Assembly: GCA_032718475.1 (NCBI GenBank)
Contig: JAUCBJ010003977.1
Location: 1-44,632 of the forward strand
Direction: 5' to 3'
Source: Nemertoderma westbladi
Lineage: Eukaryota > Animalia > Xenacoelomorpha
Length of the DNA stretch: 44,632 nt
The notes under the pieces were generated by a model. That model was given only the letters and a program-made list of their open reading frames with translations, did not search any database and was not told the DNA's origin. The translations under genes were made by a program, and so were the position numbers. Positions 15,001 through 30,105 of this stretch are shown piece after piece; within the stretch, counting starts at the first letter, position 1; each line of letters begins with the position of its first letter.

Positions 15001-18000
15001 CACAGGACACTTTATATGACCCCGAGAGTTCCACAGGACACTTTATATGACACCGAGAGTTCCACAGGACACTTTATATGACACCGAGAGTTCCACAGGA
15101 CACTTTATATGACACCGAGAGTTTCACAGGACACTTTATATGACCCCGAGAGTTCCACAGGACACTTTATATGACCTCGAGAGTTCCACAGGACACTTTA
15201 TATGACACCGAGAGTTCCACAGGACACTTTATATGACCCCGAGAGTTCCACAGGACACTTTATATGACACCGAGAGTTCCACAGGACACTTTATATGATC
15301 CCGAGAGTTCCACAGGACACTTTATATGACCTCGAGAGTTCCACAGGACACTTTATATGACCTCGAGAGTTCCACAGGACACTTTATATGACACCGAGAG
15401 TTCCACAGGACACTTTATATGACCCTAAGAGTTTCACAGGACACTTTATATGACACCGAGAGTTCCACAGGACACTTTATATGACCCCGAGAGTTCCACA
15501 GGACACTTTATATGACCCCGAGAGTTCCACAGGACACTTTATATGACCCTGAGAGTTTCACAGGACACTTTATATGACACCGAGAGTTCCACAGGACACT
15601 TTATATGACCCCGAGAGTTCCACAGGACACTTTATATGACCCCGAGAGTTCCACAGGACACTTTATATGACACCGAGAGTTTCACAGGACACTTTATATG
15701 ACCCCGAGAGTTCCACAGGACACTTTATATGACCTCGAGAGTTCCACAGGACACTTTATATGACACCGAGAGTTCCACAGGACACTTTATATGACACCGA
15801 GAGTTCCACAGGACACTTTATATGACCCCGAGAGTTCCACAGGACACTTTATATGATCCCGAGAGTTTCACAGGACACTTTATATGACCCCGAGAGTTCC
15901 ACAGGACACTTTATATGACGCCGAGAGTTCCACAGGACACTTTATATGACCCCGAGAGTTCCACAGGACACTTTATATGACCCCGAGAGTTCCACAGGAC
16001 ACTTTATATGATCCCGAGAGTTTCACAGGACACTTTATATGACCCCGAGAGTTCCACAGGACACTTTATATGACCCCGAGAGTTCCACAGGACACTTTAT
16101 ATGACCCTGAGAGTTCCACAGGACACTTTATATGACCCCGAGAGTTCCACAGGTCACTTTATATGATCCCGAGAGTTCCACAGGACACTTTATATGACCC
16201 CGAGAGTTCCACAGGTCACTTTATATGACCCCGAGAGTTCCACAGGACACTTTATATGACCCCGAGAGTTCCACAGGACACTTTATATGACCCCGAGAGT
16301 TTCACAGGACACTTTATATGACCCTGAGAGTTCCACAGGACACTTTATATGATCCCGAGAGTTCCACAGGATACTTTATATGACCCTGAGAGTTCCACAG
16401 GACACTTTATATGATCCCGAGAGTTCCACAGGACACTTTATATGACCCCGAGAGTTCCACAGGACACTTTATATGACCTCGAGAGTTCCACAGGACACTT
16501 TATATGACCCCGAGAGTTCCACAGGACACTTTATATGATCCCGAGAGTTTCACAGGACACTTTATATGACCCCGAGAGTTCCACAGGACACTTTATATGA
16601 CGCCGAGAGTTCCACAGGACACTTTATATGACCCCGAGAGTTTCACAGGACACTTTATATGACCCTGAGAGTTCCACAGGACACTTTATATGACCTCGAG
16701 AGTTTCACAGGACACTTTATATGACCCCGAGAGTTCCACAGGATACTTTATATGACCTCGAGAGTTTCACAGGACACTTTATATGACCCTGAGAGTTCCA
16801 CAGGACACTTTATATGACGCCGAGAGTTTCACAGGACACTTTATATGACCCTGAGAGTTTCACAGGACACTTTATATGACCCTGAGAGTTCCACAGGACA
16901 CTTTATATGACCCCGAGAGTTCCACAGGACACTTTATATGACCCCGAGAGTTCCACAGGACACTTTATATGACCCTGAGAGTTTCACAGGACACTTTATA
17001 TGACCTCGAGAGTTCCACAGGACACTTTATATGACCCTGAGAGTTCCACAGGACACTTTATATGACCCCGAGAGTTCCACAGGACACTTTATATGACCCT
17101 GAGAGTTTCACAGGACACTTTATATGACCCTGAGAGTTCCACAGGACACTTTATATGACACCGAGAGTTCCACAGGACACTTTATATGATCCCGAGAGTT
17201 CCACAGGACACTTTATATGACCTCGAGAGTTCCACAGGACACTTTATATGACCCTGAGAGTTCCACAGGACACTTTATATGACCCCGAGAGTTCCACAGG
17301 ACACTTTATATGACCCTGAGAGTTTCACAGGACACTTTATATGACCCTGAGAGTTCCACAGGACACTTTATATGATCCCGAGAGTTCCACAGGACACTTT
17401 ATATGACCCCGAGAGTTCCACAGGACACTTTATATGACCCTGAGAGTTTCACAGGACACTTTATATGACCCTGAGAGTTCCACAGGACACTTTATATGAC
17501 CCCGAGAGTTCCACAGGACACTTTATATGACCCTGAGAGTTTCACAGGACACTTTATATGACCCTGAGAGTTCCACAGGACACTTTATATGATCCCGAGA
17601 GTTCCACAGGACACTTTATATGACCCCGAGAGTTCCACAGGACACTTTATATGACCCTGAGAGTTCCACAGGACACTTTATATGATCCCGAGAGTTCCAC
17701 AGGACACTTTATATGACCTCGAGAGTTCCACAGGACACTTTATATGACCCTGAGAGTTCCACAGGACACTTTATATGACCCTGAGAGTTCCACAGGACAC
17801 TTTATATGACCCCGAGAGTTCCACAGGACACTTTATATGACCCTGAGAGTTTCACAGGACACTTTATATGACCCTGAGAGTTCCACAGGACACTTTATAT
17901 GACCCCGAGAGTTCCACAGGACACTTTATATGACCCCGAGAGTTCCACAGGACACTTTATATGACCCTGAGAGTTTCACAGGACACTTTATATGACCCTG

Positions 18001-21000
18001 AGAGTTCCACAGGACACTTTATATGACCCCGAGAGTTCCACAGGACACTTTATATGATCCCGAGAGTTCCACAGGACACTTTATATGACCCTGAGAGTTC
18101 CACAGGACACTTTATATGACCCCGAGAGTTCCACAGGACACTTTATATGACCCCGAGAGTTCCACAGGACACTTTATATGACCCTGAGAGTTCCACAGGA
18201 CACTTTATATGACCCCGAGAGTTCCACAGGATACTTTATATGACCCTGAGAGTTCCACAGGACACTTTATATGACCCGAGAGTTTCACAGGACACTTTAT
18301 ATGACCCTGAGAGTTCCACAGGACACTTTATATGACCCCGAGAGTTCCACAGGACACTTTATATGATCCCGAGAGTTTCACAGGACACTTTATATGACCC
18401 TGAGAGTTCCACAGGACACTTTATATGACCCTGAGAGTTCCACAGGACACTTTATATGACACCGAGAGTTCCACAGGACACTTTATATGACCCCGAGAGT
18501 TCCACAGGACACTTTATATGACCCCGAGAGTTCCACAGGACACTTTATATGACCCTGAGAGTTCCACAGGACACTTTATATGACCCCGAGAGTTCCACAG
18601 GACACTTTATATGACCCCGAGAGTTCCACAGGACACTTTATATGACCCTGAGAGTTCCACAGGACACTTTATATGACCCCGAGAGTTCCACAGGATACTT
18701 TATATGACCCTGAGAGTTCCACAGGACACTTTATATGACCTCGAGAGTTCCACAGGACACTTTATATGACCCTGAGAGTTCCACAGGACACTTTATATGA
18801 CCCCGAGAGTTCCACAGGACACTTTATATGACCCTGAGAGTTCCACAGGACACTTTATATGACCCTCGAGAGTTCCACAGGACACTTTATATGACCCTGA
18901 GAGTTCCACAGGACACTTTATATGACCCTGAGAGTTTCACAGGACACTTTATATGACCCCGAGAGTTCCACAGGACACTTTATATGATCCCGAGAGTTCC
19001 ACAGGACACTTTATATGACCCCGAGAGTTCCACAGGACACTTTATATGACCTCGAGAGTTCCACAGGACACTTTATATGACCCCGAGAGTTCCACAGGAT
19101 ACTTTATATGACCTCGAGAGTTCCACAGGACACTTTATATGACTCTGAGAGTTCCACAGGACACTTTATATGACCCCGAGAGTTCCACAGGACACTTTAT
19201 ATGACCCCGAGAGTTCCACAGGACACTTTATATGACCTCGAGAGTTCCACAGGACACTTTATATGACCCCGAGAGTTCCACAGGACACTTTATATGACTC
19301 TGAGAGTTCCACAGGACACTTTATATGACCCCGAGAGTTCCACAGGACACTTTATATGACCCCGAGAGTTCCACAGGACACTTTATATGACCTCGAGAGT
19401 TCCACAGGACACTTTATATGACCCCGAGAGTTCCACACGACACTTTATATGACCCCGAGAGTTCCACAGGACACTTTATATGACCCCGAGAGTTCCACAG
19501 GACACTTTATATGACCTCGAGAGTTCCACAGGACACTTTATATGACCCCGAGAGTTCCACAGGACACTTTATATGACCTCGAGAGTTCCACAGGACACTT
19601 TATATGACCCTGAGAGTTCCACAGGACACTTTATATGACCCCGAGAGTTCCACAGGACACTTTATATGATCCCGAGAGTTCCACAGGACACTTTATATGA
19701 CCCTGAGAGTTTCACAGGACACTTTATATGACCCTGAGAGTTCCACAGGACACTTTATATGACCCCGAGAGTTCCACAGGACACTTTATATGACCTCGAG
19801 AGTTCCACAGGACACTTTATATGACCTCGAGAGTTCCACCGGACACTTTATATGACCCTGAGAGTTTCACAGGACACTTTATATGACCCTGAGAGTTCCA
19901 CAGGACACTTTATATGACCCCGAGAGTTCCACAGGATACTTTATATGACCCCGAGAGTTCCACAGGATACTTTATATGACCCTGAGAGTTCCACAGGACA
20001 CTTTATATGACCCCGAGAGTTCCACAGGACACTTTATATGATCCCGAGAGTTCCACAGGATACTTTATATGACCCTGAGAGTTCCACAGGACACTTTATA
20101 TGACCCCGAGAGTTCCACAGGACACTTTATATGACCCTGAGAGTTCCACAGGACACTTTATATGACCCCGAGAGTTCCACAGGACACTTTATATGATCCC
20201 GAGAGTTCCACAGGATACTTTATATGACCCTGAGAGTTCCACAGGACACTTTATATGACCCCGAGAGTTCCACAGGACACTTTATATGATCCCGAGAGTT
20301 CCACAGGACACTTTATATGACCCCGAGAGTTCCACAGGACACTTTATATGATCCCGAGAGTTCCACCGGACACTTTATATGACCCCGAGAGTTCCACAGG
20401 ACACTTTATATGATCCCGAGAGTTCCACAGGACACTTTATATGACCCTGAGAGTTTCACAGGACACTTTATATGACCCTGAGAGTTCCACAGGACACTTT
20501 ATATGACCCTGAGAGTTCCACAGGACACTTTATATGACCCCGAGAGTTCCACAGGACACTTTATATGATCCCGAGAGTTCCACAGGATACTTTATATGAC
20601 CCTGAGAGTTCCACAGGACACTTTATATGACCCCGAGAGTTCCACAGGACACTTTATATGATCCCGAGAGTTCCACAGGATACTTTATATGACCCTGAGA
20701 GTTCCACAGGACACTTTATATGACCCCGAGAGTTCCACAGGACACTTTATATGACCCCGAGAGTTCCACAGGACACTTTATATGATCCCGAGAGTTCCAC
20801 AGGATACTTTATATGACCCTGAGAGTTCCACAGGACACTTTATATGACCCCGAGAGTTCCACAGGACACTTTATATGATCCCGAGAGTTCCACAGGATAC
20901 TTTATATGACCCTGAGAGTTTCACAGGACACTTTATATGACACCGAGAGTTCCACAGGACACTTTATATGACCCTGAGAGTTTCACAGGACACTTTATAT

Positions 21001-24000
21001 GATCCCGAGAGTTCCACAGGACACTTTATATGACACCGAGAGTTTCACAGGACACTTTATATGATCCCGAGAGTTCCACAGGACACTTTATATGACCCCG
21101 AGAGTTCCACAGGACACTTTATATGATCCCGAGAGTTCCACCGGACACTTTATATGACCCCGAGAGTTCCACAGGACACTTTATATGATCCCGAGAGTTC
21201 CACAGGACACTTTATATGACCCCGAGAGTTCCACAGGACACTTTATATGATCCCGAGAGTTCCACAGGACACTTTATATGACCCCGAGAGTTCCACAGGA
21301 CACTTTATATGATCCCGAGAGTTCCACCGGACACTTTATATGACCCCGAGAGTTCCACAGGACACTTTATATGATCCCGAGAGTTCCACAGGACACTTTA
21401 TATGACCCTGAGAGTTTCACAGGACACTTTATATGACCCTGAGAGTTCCACAGGACACTTTATATGACCCTGAGAGTTCCACAGGACACTTTATATGACC
21501 CCGAGAGTTCCACAGGACACTTTATATGACCCTGAGAGTTCCACAGGACACTTTATATGACCCCGAGAGTTCCACAGGACACTTTATATGACCCCGAGAG
21601 TTCCACCGGACACTTTATATGACCCTGAGAGTTTCACAGGACACTTTATATGACCCTGAGAGTTCCACAGGACACTTTATATGACCCCGAGAGTTCCACA
21701 GGACACTTTATATGATCCCGAGAGTTCCACAGGACACTTTATATGATCCCGAGAGTTCCACCGGACACTTTATATGACCCCGAGAGTTCCACCGGACACT
21801 TTATATGACCCTGAGAGTTTCACAGGACACTTTATATGACCCTGAGAGTTCCACAGGACACTTTATATGACCCCGAGAGTTTCACAGGACACTTTATATG
21901 ACCCCGAGAGTTCCACCGGACACTTTATATGACCCTGAGAGTTTCACAGGACACTTTATATGACCCCGAGAGTTTCACAGGACACTTTATATGACCCTGA
22001 GAGTTCCACAGGACACTTTATATGATCCCAAGAGTTCCACACGACACTTTATATGACCCTGAGAGTTCCACAGGACACTTTATATGATCCCGAGAGTTCC
22101 ACAGGACACTTTATATGACCCTGAGAGTTTCACAGGACACTTTATATGACCCTGAGAGTTCCACAGGACACTTTATATGACCCCGAGAGTTCCACAGGAC
22201 ACTTTATATGACCTCGAGAGTTCCACAGGACACTTTATATGACCTCGAGAGTTCCACAGGACACTTTATATGACCCTGAGAGTTCCACCGGACACTTTAT
22301 ATGACCCTGAGAGTTTCACAGGACACTTTATATGACCCTGAGAGTTCCACAGGACACTTTATATGACCCCGAGAGTTCCACAGGATACTTTATATGACCC
22401 CGAGAGTTCCACAGGATACTTTATATGACCCTGAGAGTTCCACAGGACACTTTATATGACCCCGAGAGTTCCACAGGACACTTTATATGATCCCGAGAGT
22501 TCCACAGGATACTTTATATGACCCTGAGAGTTCCACAGGACACTTTATATGACCCCGAGAGTTCCACAGGACACTTTATATGATCCCGAGAGTTCCACAG
22601 GACACTTTATATGACCCCGAGAGTTCCACAGGACACTTTATATGATCCCGAGAGTTCCACCGGACACTTTATATGACCCCGAGAGTTCCACAGGACACTT
22701 TATATGATCCCGAGAGTTCCACAGGACACTTTATATGACCCTGAGAGTTTCACAGGACACTTTATATGACCCTGAGAGTTCCACAGGACACTTTATATGA
22801 CCCTGAGAGTTCCACAGGACACTTTATATGACCCCGAGAGTTCCACAGGACACTTTATATGATCCCGAGAGTTCCACAGGATACTTTATATGACCCTGAG
22901 AGTTCCACAGGACACTTTATATGACCCCGAGAGTTCCACAGGACACTTTATATGATCCCGAGAGTTCCACAGGATACTTTATATGACCCTGAGAGTTCCA
23001 CAGGACACTTTATATGACCCCGAGAGTTCCACAGGACACTTTATATGACCCCGAGAGTTCCACAGGACACTTTATATGATCCCGAGAGTTCCACAGGATA
23101 CTTTATATGACCCTGAGAGTTCCACAGGACACTTTATATGACCCCGAGAGTTCCACAGGACACTTTATATGATCCCGAGAGTTCCACAGGATACTTTATA
23201 TGACCCTGAGAGTTTCACAGGACACTTTATATGACACCGAGAGTTCCACAGGACACTTTATATGACCCTGAGAGTTTCACAGGACACTTTATATGATCCC
23301 GAGAGTTCCACAGGACACTTTATATGACACCGAGAGTTTCACAGGACACTTTATATGATCCCGAGAGTTCCACAGGACACTTTATATGACCCCGAGAGTT
23401 CCACAGGACACTTTATATGATCCCGAGAGTTCCACCGGACACTTTATATGACCCCGAGAGTTCCACAGGACACTTTATATGATCCCGAGAGTTCCACAGG
23501 ACACTTTATATGACCCCGAGAGTTCCACAGGACACTTTATATGATCCCGAGAGTTCCACAGGACACTTTATATGACCCCGAGAGTTCCACAGGACACTTT
23601 ATATGATCCCGAGAGTTCCACCGGACACTTTATATGACCCCGAGAGTTCCACAGGACACTTTATATGATCCCGAGAGTTCCACAGGACACTTTATATGAC
23701 CCTGAGAGTTTCACAGGACACTTTATATGACCCTGAGAGTTCCACAGGACACTTTATATGACCCTGAGAGTTCCACAGGACACTTTATATGACCCCGAGA
23801 GTTCCACAGGACACTTTATATGACCCTGAGAGTTCCACAGGACACTTTATATGACCCCGAGAGTTCCACAGGACACTTTATATGACCCCGAGAGTTCCAC
23901 CGGACACTTTATATGACCCTGAGAGTTTCACAGGACACTTTATATGACCCTGAGAGTTCCACAGGACACTTTATATGACCCCGAGAGTTCCACAGGACAC

Positions 24001-27000
24001 TTTATATGATCCCGAGAGTTCCACAGGACACTTTATATGATCCCGAGAGTTCCACCGGACACTTTATATGACCCCGAGAGTTCCACCGGACACTTTATAT
24101 GACCCTGAGAGTTTCACAGGACACTTTATATGACCCTGAGAGTTCCACAGGACACTTTATATGACCCCGAGAGTTTCACAGGACACTTTATATGACCCCG
24201 AGAGTTCCACCGGACACTTTATATGACCCTGAGAGTTTCACAGGACACTTTATATGACCCCGAGAGTTTCACAGGACACTTTATATGACCCTGAGAGTTC
24301 CACAGGACACTTTATATGATCCCAAGAGTTCCACACGACACTTTATATGACCCTGAGAGTTCCACAGGACACTTTATATGATCCCAAGAGTTCCACAGGG
24401 CACTTTATATGACCCTGAGAGTTTCACAGGACACTTTATATGACCCCGAGAGTTCCAAGGACATTTTATATGACCCTGAGAGTTTCACAGGACACTTTAT
24501 ATGACCCTGAGAGTTCCACAGGACACTTTATATGACCCTGAGAGTTTCACAGGACACTTTATATGACCCTGAGAGTTTCACAGGACACTTTATATGACCC
24601 CGAGAGTTTCACAGGACACTTTATATGACCCTGAGAGTTCCACAGGACACTTTATATGATCCCAAGAGTTCCACAGGACACTTTATATGATCCCAAGAGT
24701 TCCACAGGGCACTTTATATGACCCTGAGAGTTTCACAGGACACTTTATATGACCCCGAGAGTTCCAAGGACATTTTATATGACCCTGAGAGTTTCACAGG
24801 ACACTTTATATGATCCCAAGAGTTCCACAGGGCACTTTATATGACCCTGAGAGTTTCACAGGACACTTTATATGACCCCGAGAGTTCCAAGGACATTTTA
24901 TATGACCCTGAGAGTTCCACAGGACACTTTATATGACCCTGAGAGTTCCACAGGACACTTTATATGACACCGAGAGTTTCACAGGACACTTTATATGACC
25001 CTGAGAGTTCCACAGGACACTTTATATGACCCTGAGAGTTCCACAGGACACTTTATATGATCCCAAGAGTTCCACAGGGCACTTTATATGACCCTGAGAG
25101 TTTCACAGGACACTTTATATGACCCCGAGAGTTCCAAGGACATTTTATATGACCCTGAGAGTTCCACAGGACACTTTATATGACCCTGAGAGTTCCACAG
25201 GACACTTTATATGACACCGAGAGTTCCACAGGACACTTTATATGACCCCGAGAGTTTCACAGGACACTTTATATGACCCTGAGAGTTCCACAGGACACTT
25301 TATATGACCCCGAGAGTTCCACAGGACACTTTATATGACCCCGAGAGTTCCACAGGACACTTTATATGACCCTGAGAGTTCCACAGGACACTTTATATGA
25401 TCCCAAGAGTTCCACAGGGCACTTTATATGACCCTGAGAGTTTCACAGGACACTTTATATGACCCTGAGAGTTCCACAGGACACTTTATATGATACCGAG
25501 AGTTCCACAGGATACTTTATATGACCCTGAGAGTTCCACAGGACACTTTATATGATCCCAAGAGTTCCACAGGACACTTTATATGATCCCAAGAGTTCCA
25601 CACGACACTTTATATGACCCTGAGAGTTCCACAGGACACTTTATATGATCCCAAGAGTTCCACAGGGCACTTTATATGACCCTGAGAGTTTCACAGGACA
25701 CTTTATATGACCCTGAGAGTTCCACATGACACTTTATATGATACCGAGAGTTCCACAGGATACTTTATATGACCCTGAGAGTTCCACAGGACACTTTATA
25801 TGATCCCAAGAGTTCCACAGGACACTTTATATGATCCCGAGAGTTCCACAGGACACTTTATATGACCCTGAGAGTTTCACAGGACACTTTATATGACCCT
25901 GAGAGTTTCACAGGACACTTTATATGACCCTGAGAGTTTCACAGGACACTTTATATGACCCTGAGAGTTCCACAGGACACTTTATATGACCCTGAGAGTT
26001 TCACAGGACACTTTATATGACCCTGAGAGTTTCACAGGACACTTTATATGACCCTGAGAGTTCCACAGGACACTTTATATGACCCCGAGAGTTTCACAGG
26101 GCACTTTATATGACCCCAAGAGTTCCACAGGACACTTTATATGATCCCAAGAGTTCCACACGACACTTTATATGACCCTGAGAGTTCCACAGGACACTTT
26201 ATATGATCCCAAGAGTTCCACAGGGCACTTTATATGACCCTGAGAGTTTCACAGGACACTTTATATGACCCTGAGAGTTCCACAGGACACTTTATATGAT
26301 ACCGAGAGTTCCACAGGATACTTTATATGACCCTGAGAGTTCCACAGGACACTTTATATGATCCCAAGAGTTCCACAGGACACTTTATATGATCCCAAGA
26401 GTTCCACAGGACACTTTATATGATACCGAGAGTTCCACAGGACACTTTATATGACCCTGAGAGTTTCACAGGACACTTTATATGACCCTGAGAGTTTCAC
26501 AGGACACTTTATATGACCCTGAGAGTTCCACAGGACACTTTATATGACACCGAGAGTTCCACAGGACACTTTATATGACCCCGAGAGTTTCACAGGACAC
26601 TTTATATGACCCTGAGAGTTCCACAGGACACTTTATATGACCCTGAGAGTTTCACAGGACACTTTATATGACCCTGAGAGTTTCACAGGACATTTTATAT
26701 GACCCTGAGAGTTTCACAGGACACTTTATATGATCCCGAGAGTTTCACAGGACACTTTATATGACACCGAGAGTTCCACAGGACACTTTATATGACCCTG
26801 AGAGTTCCACAGGACACTTTATATGATCCCAAGAGTTCCACAGGACACTTTATATGATACCGAGAGTTCCACAGGACACTTTATATGACCCTGAGAGTTT
26901 CACAGGACACTTTATATGACCCTGAGAGTTTCACAGGACACTTTATATGACCCTGAGAGTTCCACAGGACACTTTATATGACACCGAGAGTTCCACAGGA

Positions 27001-29009
27001 CACTTTATATGACCCCGAGAGTTTCACAGGACACTTTATATGACCCTGAGAGTTCCACAGGACACTTTATATGACGCCGAGAGTTTCACAGGACACTTTA
27101 TATGACCCTGAGAGTTTCACAGGACATTTTATATGACCCTGAGAGTTTCACAGGACACTTTATATGATCCCGAGAGTTTCACAGGACACTTTATATGACA
27201 CCGAGAGTTCCACAGGACACTTTATATGACCCTGAGAGTTCCACAGGACACTTTATATGACCCCGAGAGTTCCACAGGACACTTTATATGACCCCGAGAG
27301 TTCCACAGGACACTTTATATGACCCCGAGAGTTTCACAGGACACTTTATATGACCCTGAGAGTTTCACAGGACACTTTATATGACCCTGAGAGTTTCACA
27401 GGACACTTTATATGACCCTGAGAGTTTCACAGGACACTTTATTTATATGACCCTGAGAGTTTCACAGGACACTTTATATGACCCCGAGAGTTCCACAGGA
27501 CACTTTATATGACCCCGAGAGTTCCACAGGACACTTTATATGACACCGAGAGTTCCACAGGACACTTTATATGACCCCGAGAGTTCCACAGGACACTTTA
27601 TATGACCCTGAGAGTTTCACAGGACACTTTATATGACCCCGAGAGTTCCACAGGACACTTTATATGACCCCGAGAGTTTCACAGGACACTTTATATGACC
27701 CCGAGAGTTTCACAGGACACTTTATATGACCCTGAGAGTTTCACAGGACACTTTATATGACCCTGAGAGTTTCACAGGACACTTTATATGACCCTGAGAG
27801 TTTCACAGGACACTTTATTTATATGACCCTGAGAGTTTCACAGGACACTTTATATGACCCTGAGAGTTCCACAGGACACTTTATATGATCCCAAGAGTTC
27901 CACAGGACACTTTATATGATCCCGAGAGTTCCACAGGACACTTTATATGACCCTGAGAGTTTCACAGGACACTTTATATGACCCTGAGAGTTCCACAGGA
28001 CACTTTATATGACCCTGAGAGTTTCACAGGACACTTTATATGACCCTGAGAGTTCCACAGGACACTTTATATGACCCTGAGAGTTTCACAGGACACTTTA
28101 TATGACCCTGAGAGTTCCACAGGACACTTTATATGATCCCTGAGAGTTCCACAGGACACTTTATATGATCCCGAGAGTTCCACAGGACACTTTATATGAT
28201 CCCGAGAGTTCCACAGGACACTTTATATGACCCTGAGAGTTTCACAGGACACTTTATATGACCCTGAGAGTTCCACAGGACACTTTATATGACCCTGAGA
28301 GTTCCACAGGACGCTTTATATGACCCTGAGAGTTTCACAGGACACTTTATATGACCCTGAGAGTTTCACAGGACACTTTATATGACCCTGAGAGTTTCAC
28401 AGGACACTTTATATGACCCTGAGAGTTCCACAGGACACTTTATATGACCCCGAGAGTTCCACAGGACACTTTATATGACCCTGAGAGTTCCACAGGACAC
28501 TTTATATGACCCCGAGAGTTCCACAGGACACTTTATATGACCCCGAGAGTTCCACAGGACACTTTATATGACCCTGAGAGTTCCACAGGACACTTTATAT
28601 GACCCTGAGAGTTCCACAGGACACTTTATATGACCCTGAGAGTTTCACAGGACACTTTATATGACCCTGAGAGTTTCACAGGACACTTTATATGACCCTG
28701 ATAGTTCCACAGGACACTTTATATGACCCCGAGAGTTCCACAGGACACTTTATATGACCCCGAGAGTTCCACAGGACACTTTATATGATCCCAAGAGTTC
28801 CACAGGACACTTTATATGACCCTGAGAGTTCCACAGGACACTTTATATGACGCCGAGAGTTCCACAGGACACTTTATATGACCCTGAGAGTTTCACAGGA
28901 CATTTTATATGACCCTGAGAGTTTCACAGGACACTTTATATGACCCTGAGAGTTCCACAGGACACTTTATATGATCCCAAGAGTTCCACAGGACACTTTA
29001 TATGACCTC
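1..29009. repeat. 31-bp tandem satellite, consensus GGACACTTTATATGACCCCGAGAGTTCCACA, ~935 copies, running off the window start
   Basis: Uninterrupted head-to-tail 31-bp units. Variation is concentrated at unit positions 16-20 (CCCCG/CCCTG/TCCCG/CACCG/CGCCG/CCTCG/TCCCA) and 27 (C/T), with rare indels. The array ends about 80 bp upstream of a splice acceptor, so it is probably intronic. Confidence 0.99.
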
Positions 29010-29088
29010 ACACATTGTGCGGATGATACCGATATTGTTGTTTTGTCACATCGGTTCGCTGTCTTAGTATTTCGTTTTTTTTTCCTAG

Positions 29089-29181
29089 ATTGACGAGGCC
29101 ACGGGACATTTACCAGATTTAAATGAGAATAAACGCGGCCTCATTGTCGGTGAAATAGTGAAGTTTCGAGAATCCTATAAG
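29089..29181 (+). CDS. RBM25: Internal coding exon (93 nt, phase 0-0) of an RBM25-like splicing factor: IDEATGHLPDLNENKRGLIVGEIVKFRESYK
   Basis: Strong acceptor (ttttttttcctAG at 29087-88), donor AAG|GTAATG, and an open 31-codon frame. The peptide resembles the RBM25 segment I recall as EEDKRDLISREISKFRDTHK, which precedes the RE-rich tract (recalled, not searched). Confidence 0.75.
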
Positions 29182-29690
29182 GTAATGAAGTGAGAAAAAT
29201 ATATTCGCATCCAAATGTTAATATAAAAAAATATTCGTGAGAGAATATAATAATTACGAAAATACCGTTAAAATTTGGTTTGGGGGATATAATATCTGAT
29301 GTTTATTAGCAGTTTGTTTTAGTAGGTTATGTGTGAGAGTTCTAACAGCGTGCTGCCTTCCTTACAAATTCTAGATGAATCAATATTTATCGGGTTGATA
29401 ATACCAGCCTTATTATAATTGGCTGTCCCACTTGGAGCTACTCTTTATATAGAAACCTTGTGCTTCTCGCACACTTGTTTTACACGCGTGGTCTTCCTAT
29501 TGGTCAGGTGGGTGCTAAGATTGCTAAGTAGTTAGTTTGCCTAACTTACTGTGAGTTAGTTTCTGTTTGAACGCAGTTACTAAACTCGCAGTAAGGCGGC
29601 TGAGGGTTCAACTTAATACTCATGGAGAAGATATGGAGCATTATCTGTAAGTTGCAACGTTATTTATAATATATTGTCTTGTGTTGTGAG

Positions 29691-29715
29691 TGTTTTGTTT
29701 TGTTTTGTTTTGTAG
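29691..29715. repeat. (TTTTG)n microsatellite
   Basis: tgttttgttttgttttgttttgt is visible directly. Confidence 0.8.
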
Positions 29716-29768
29716 TGTTTTGTTTAGTTTGTTGTAGAGTGGTGTAATGTAATGTAGAAGTACTATTC

Positions 29769-29792
29769 GGGGGGGGGGGGGGGGGGGGGGGG
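29769..29792 (+). repeat. Poly-G run (24 nt)
   Basis: Homopolymer seen directly. Confidence 0.9.
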
Positions 29793-30105
29793 TGCTTTTA
29801 ATGTAAATTACAAATCTACTTTTACGTAAATAGTTTAGTGTTTAGTTAGTTTAATTTATTGATAAAGAACAAATTAATAATCGAAATAATTATGCATCCA
29901 AATAACCTACAGAGAAGAATTCAAAGATAGCCACAAACAACTAATACAAAATAGTTATAACGGATAAATATTCTTGTCCAAATTTAATTGAGGCACAATC
30001 AAAACAATTATTACATACGGTAAGCCTAAATAATAAATGTATGTAAATAAACAAAAGTCGATTGCGTGTCAAAATAATTACAGCTGTACTAAAGATACTC
30101 AATAA

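Noticed and set aside
1-29009. CRISPR array (31-bp repeats)
   Set aside because: The repeats are head-to-tail with no unique spacers, there are no cas genes, and the context is eukaryotic.
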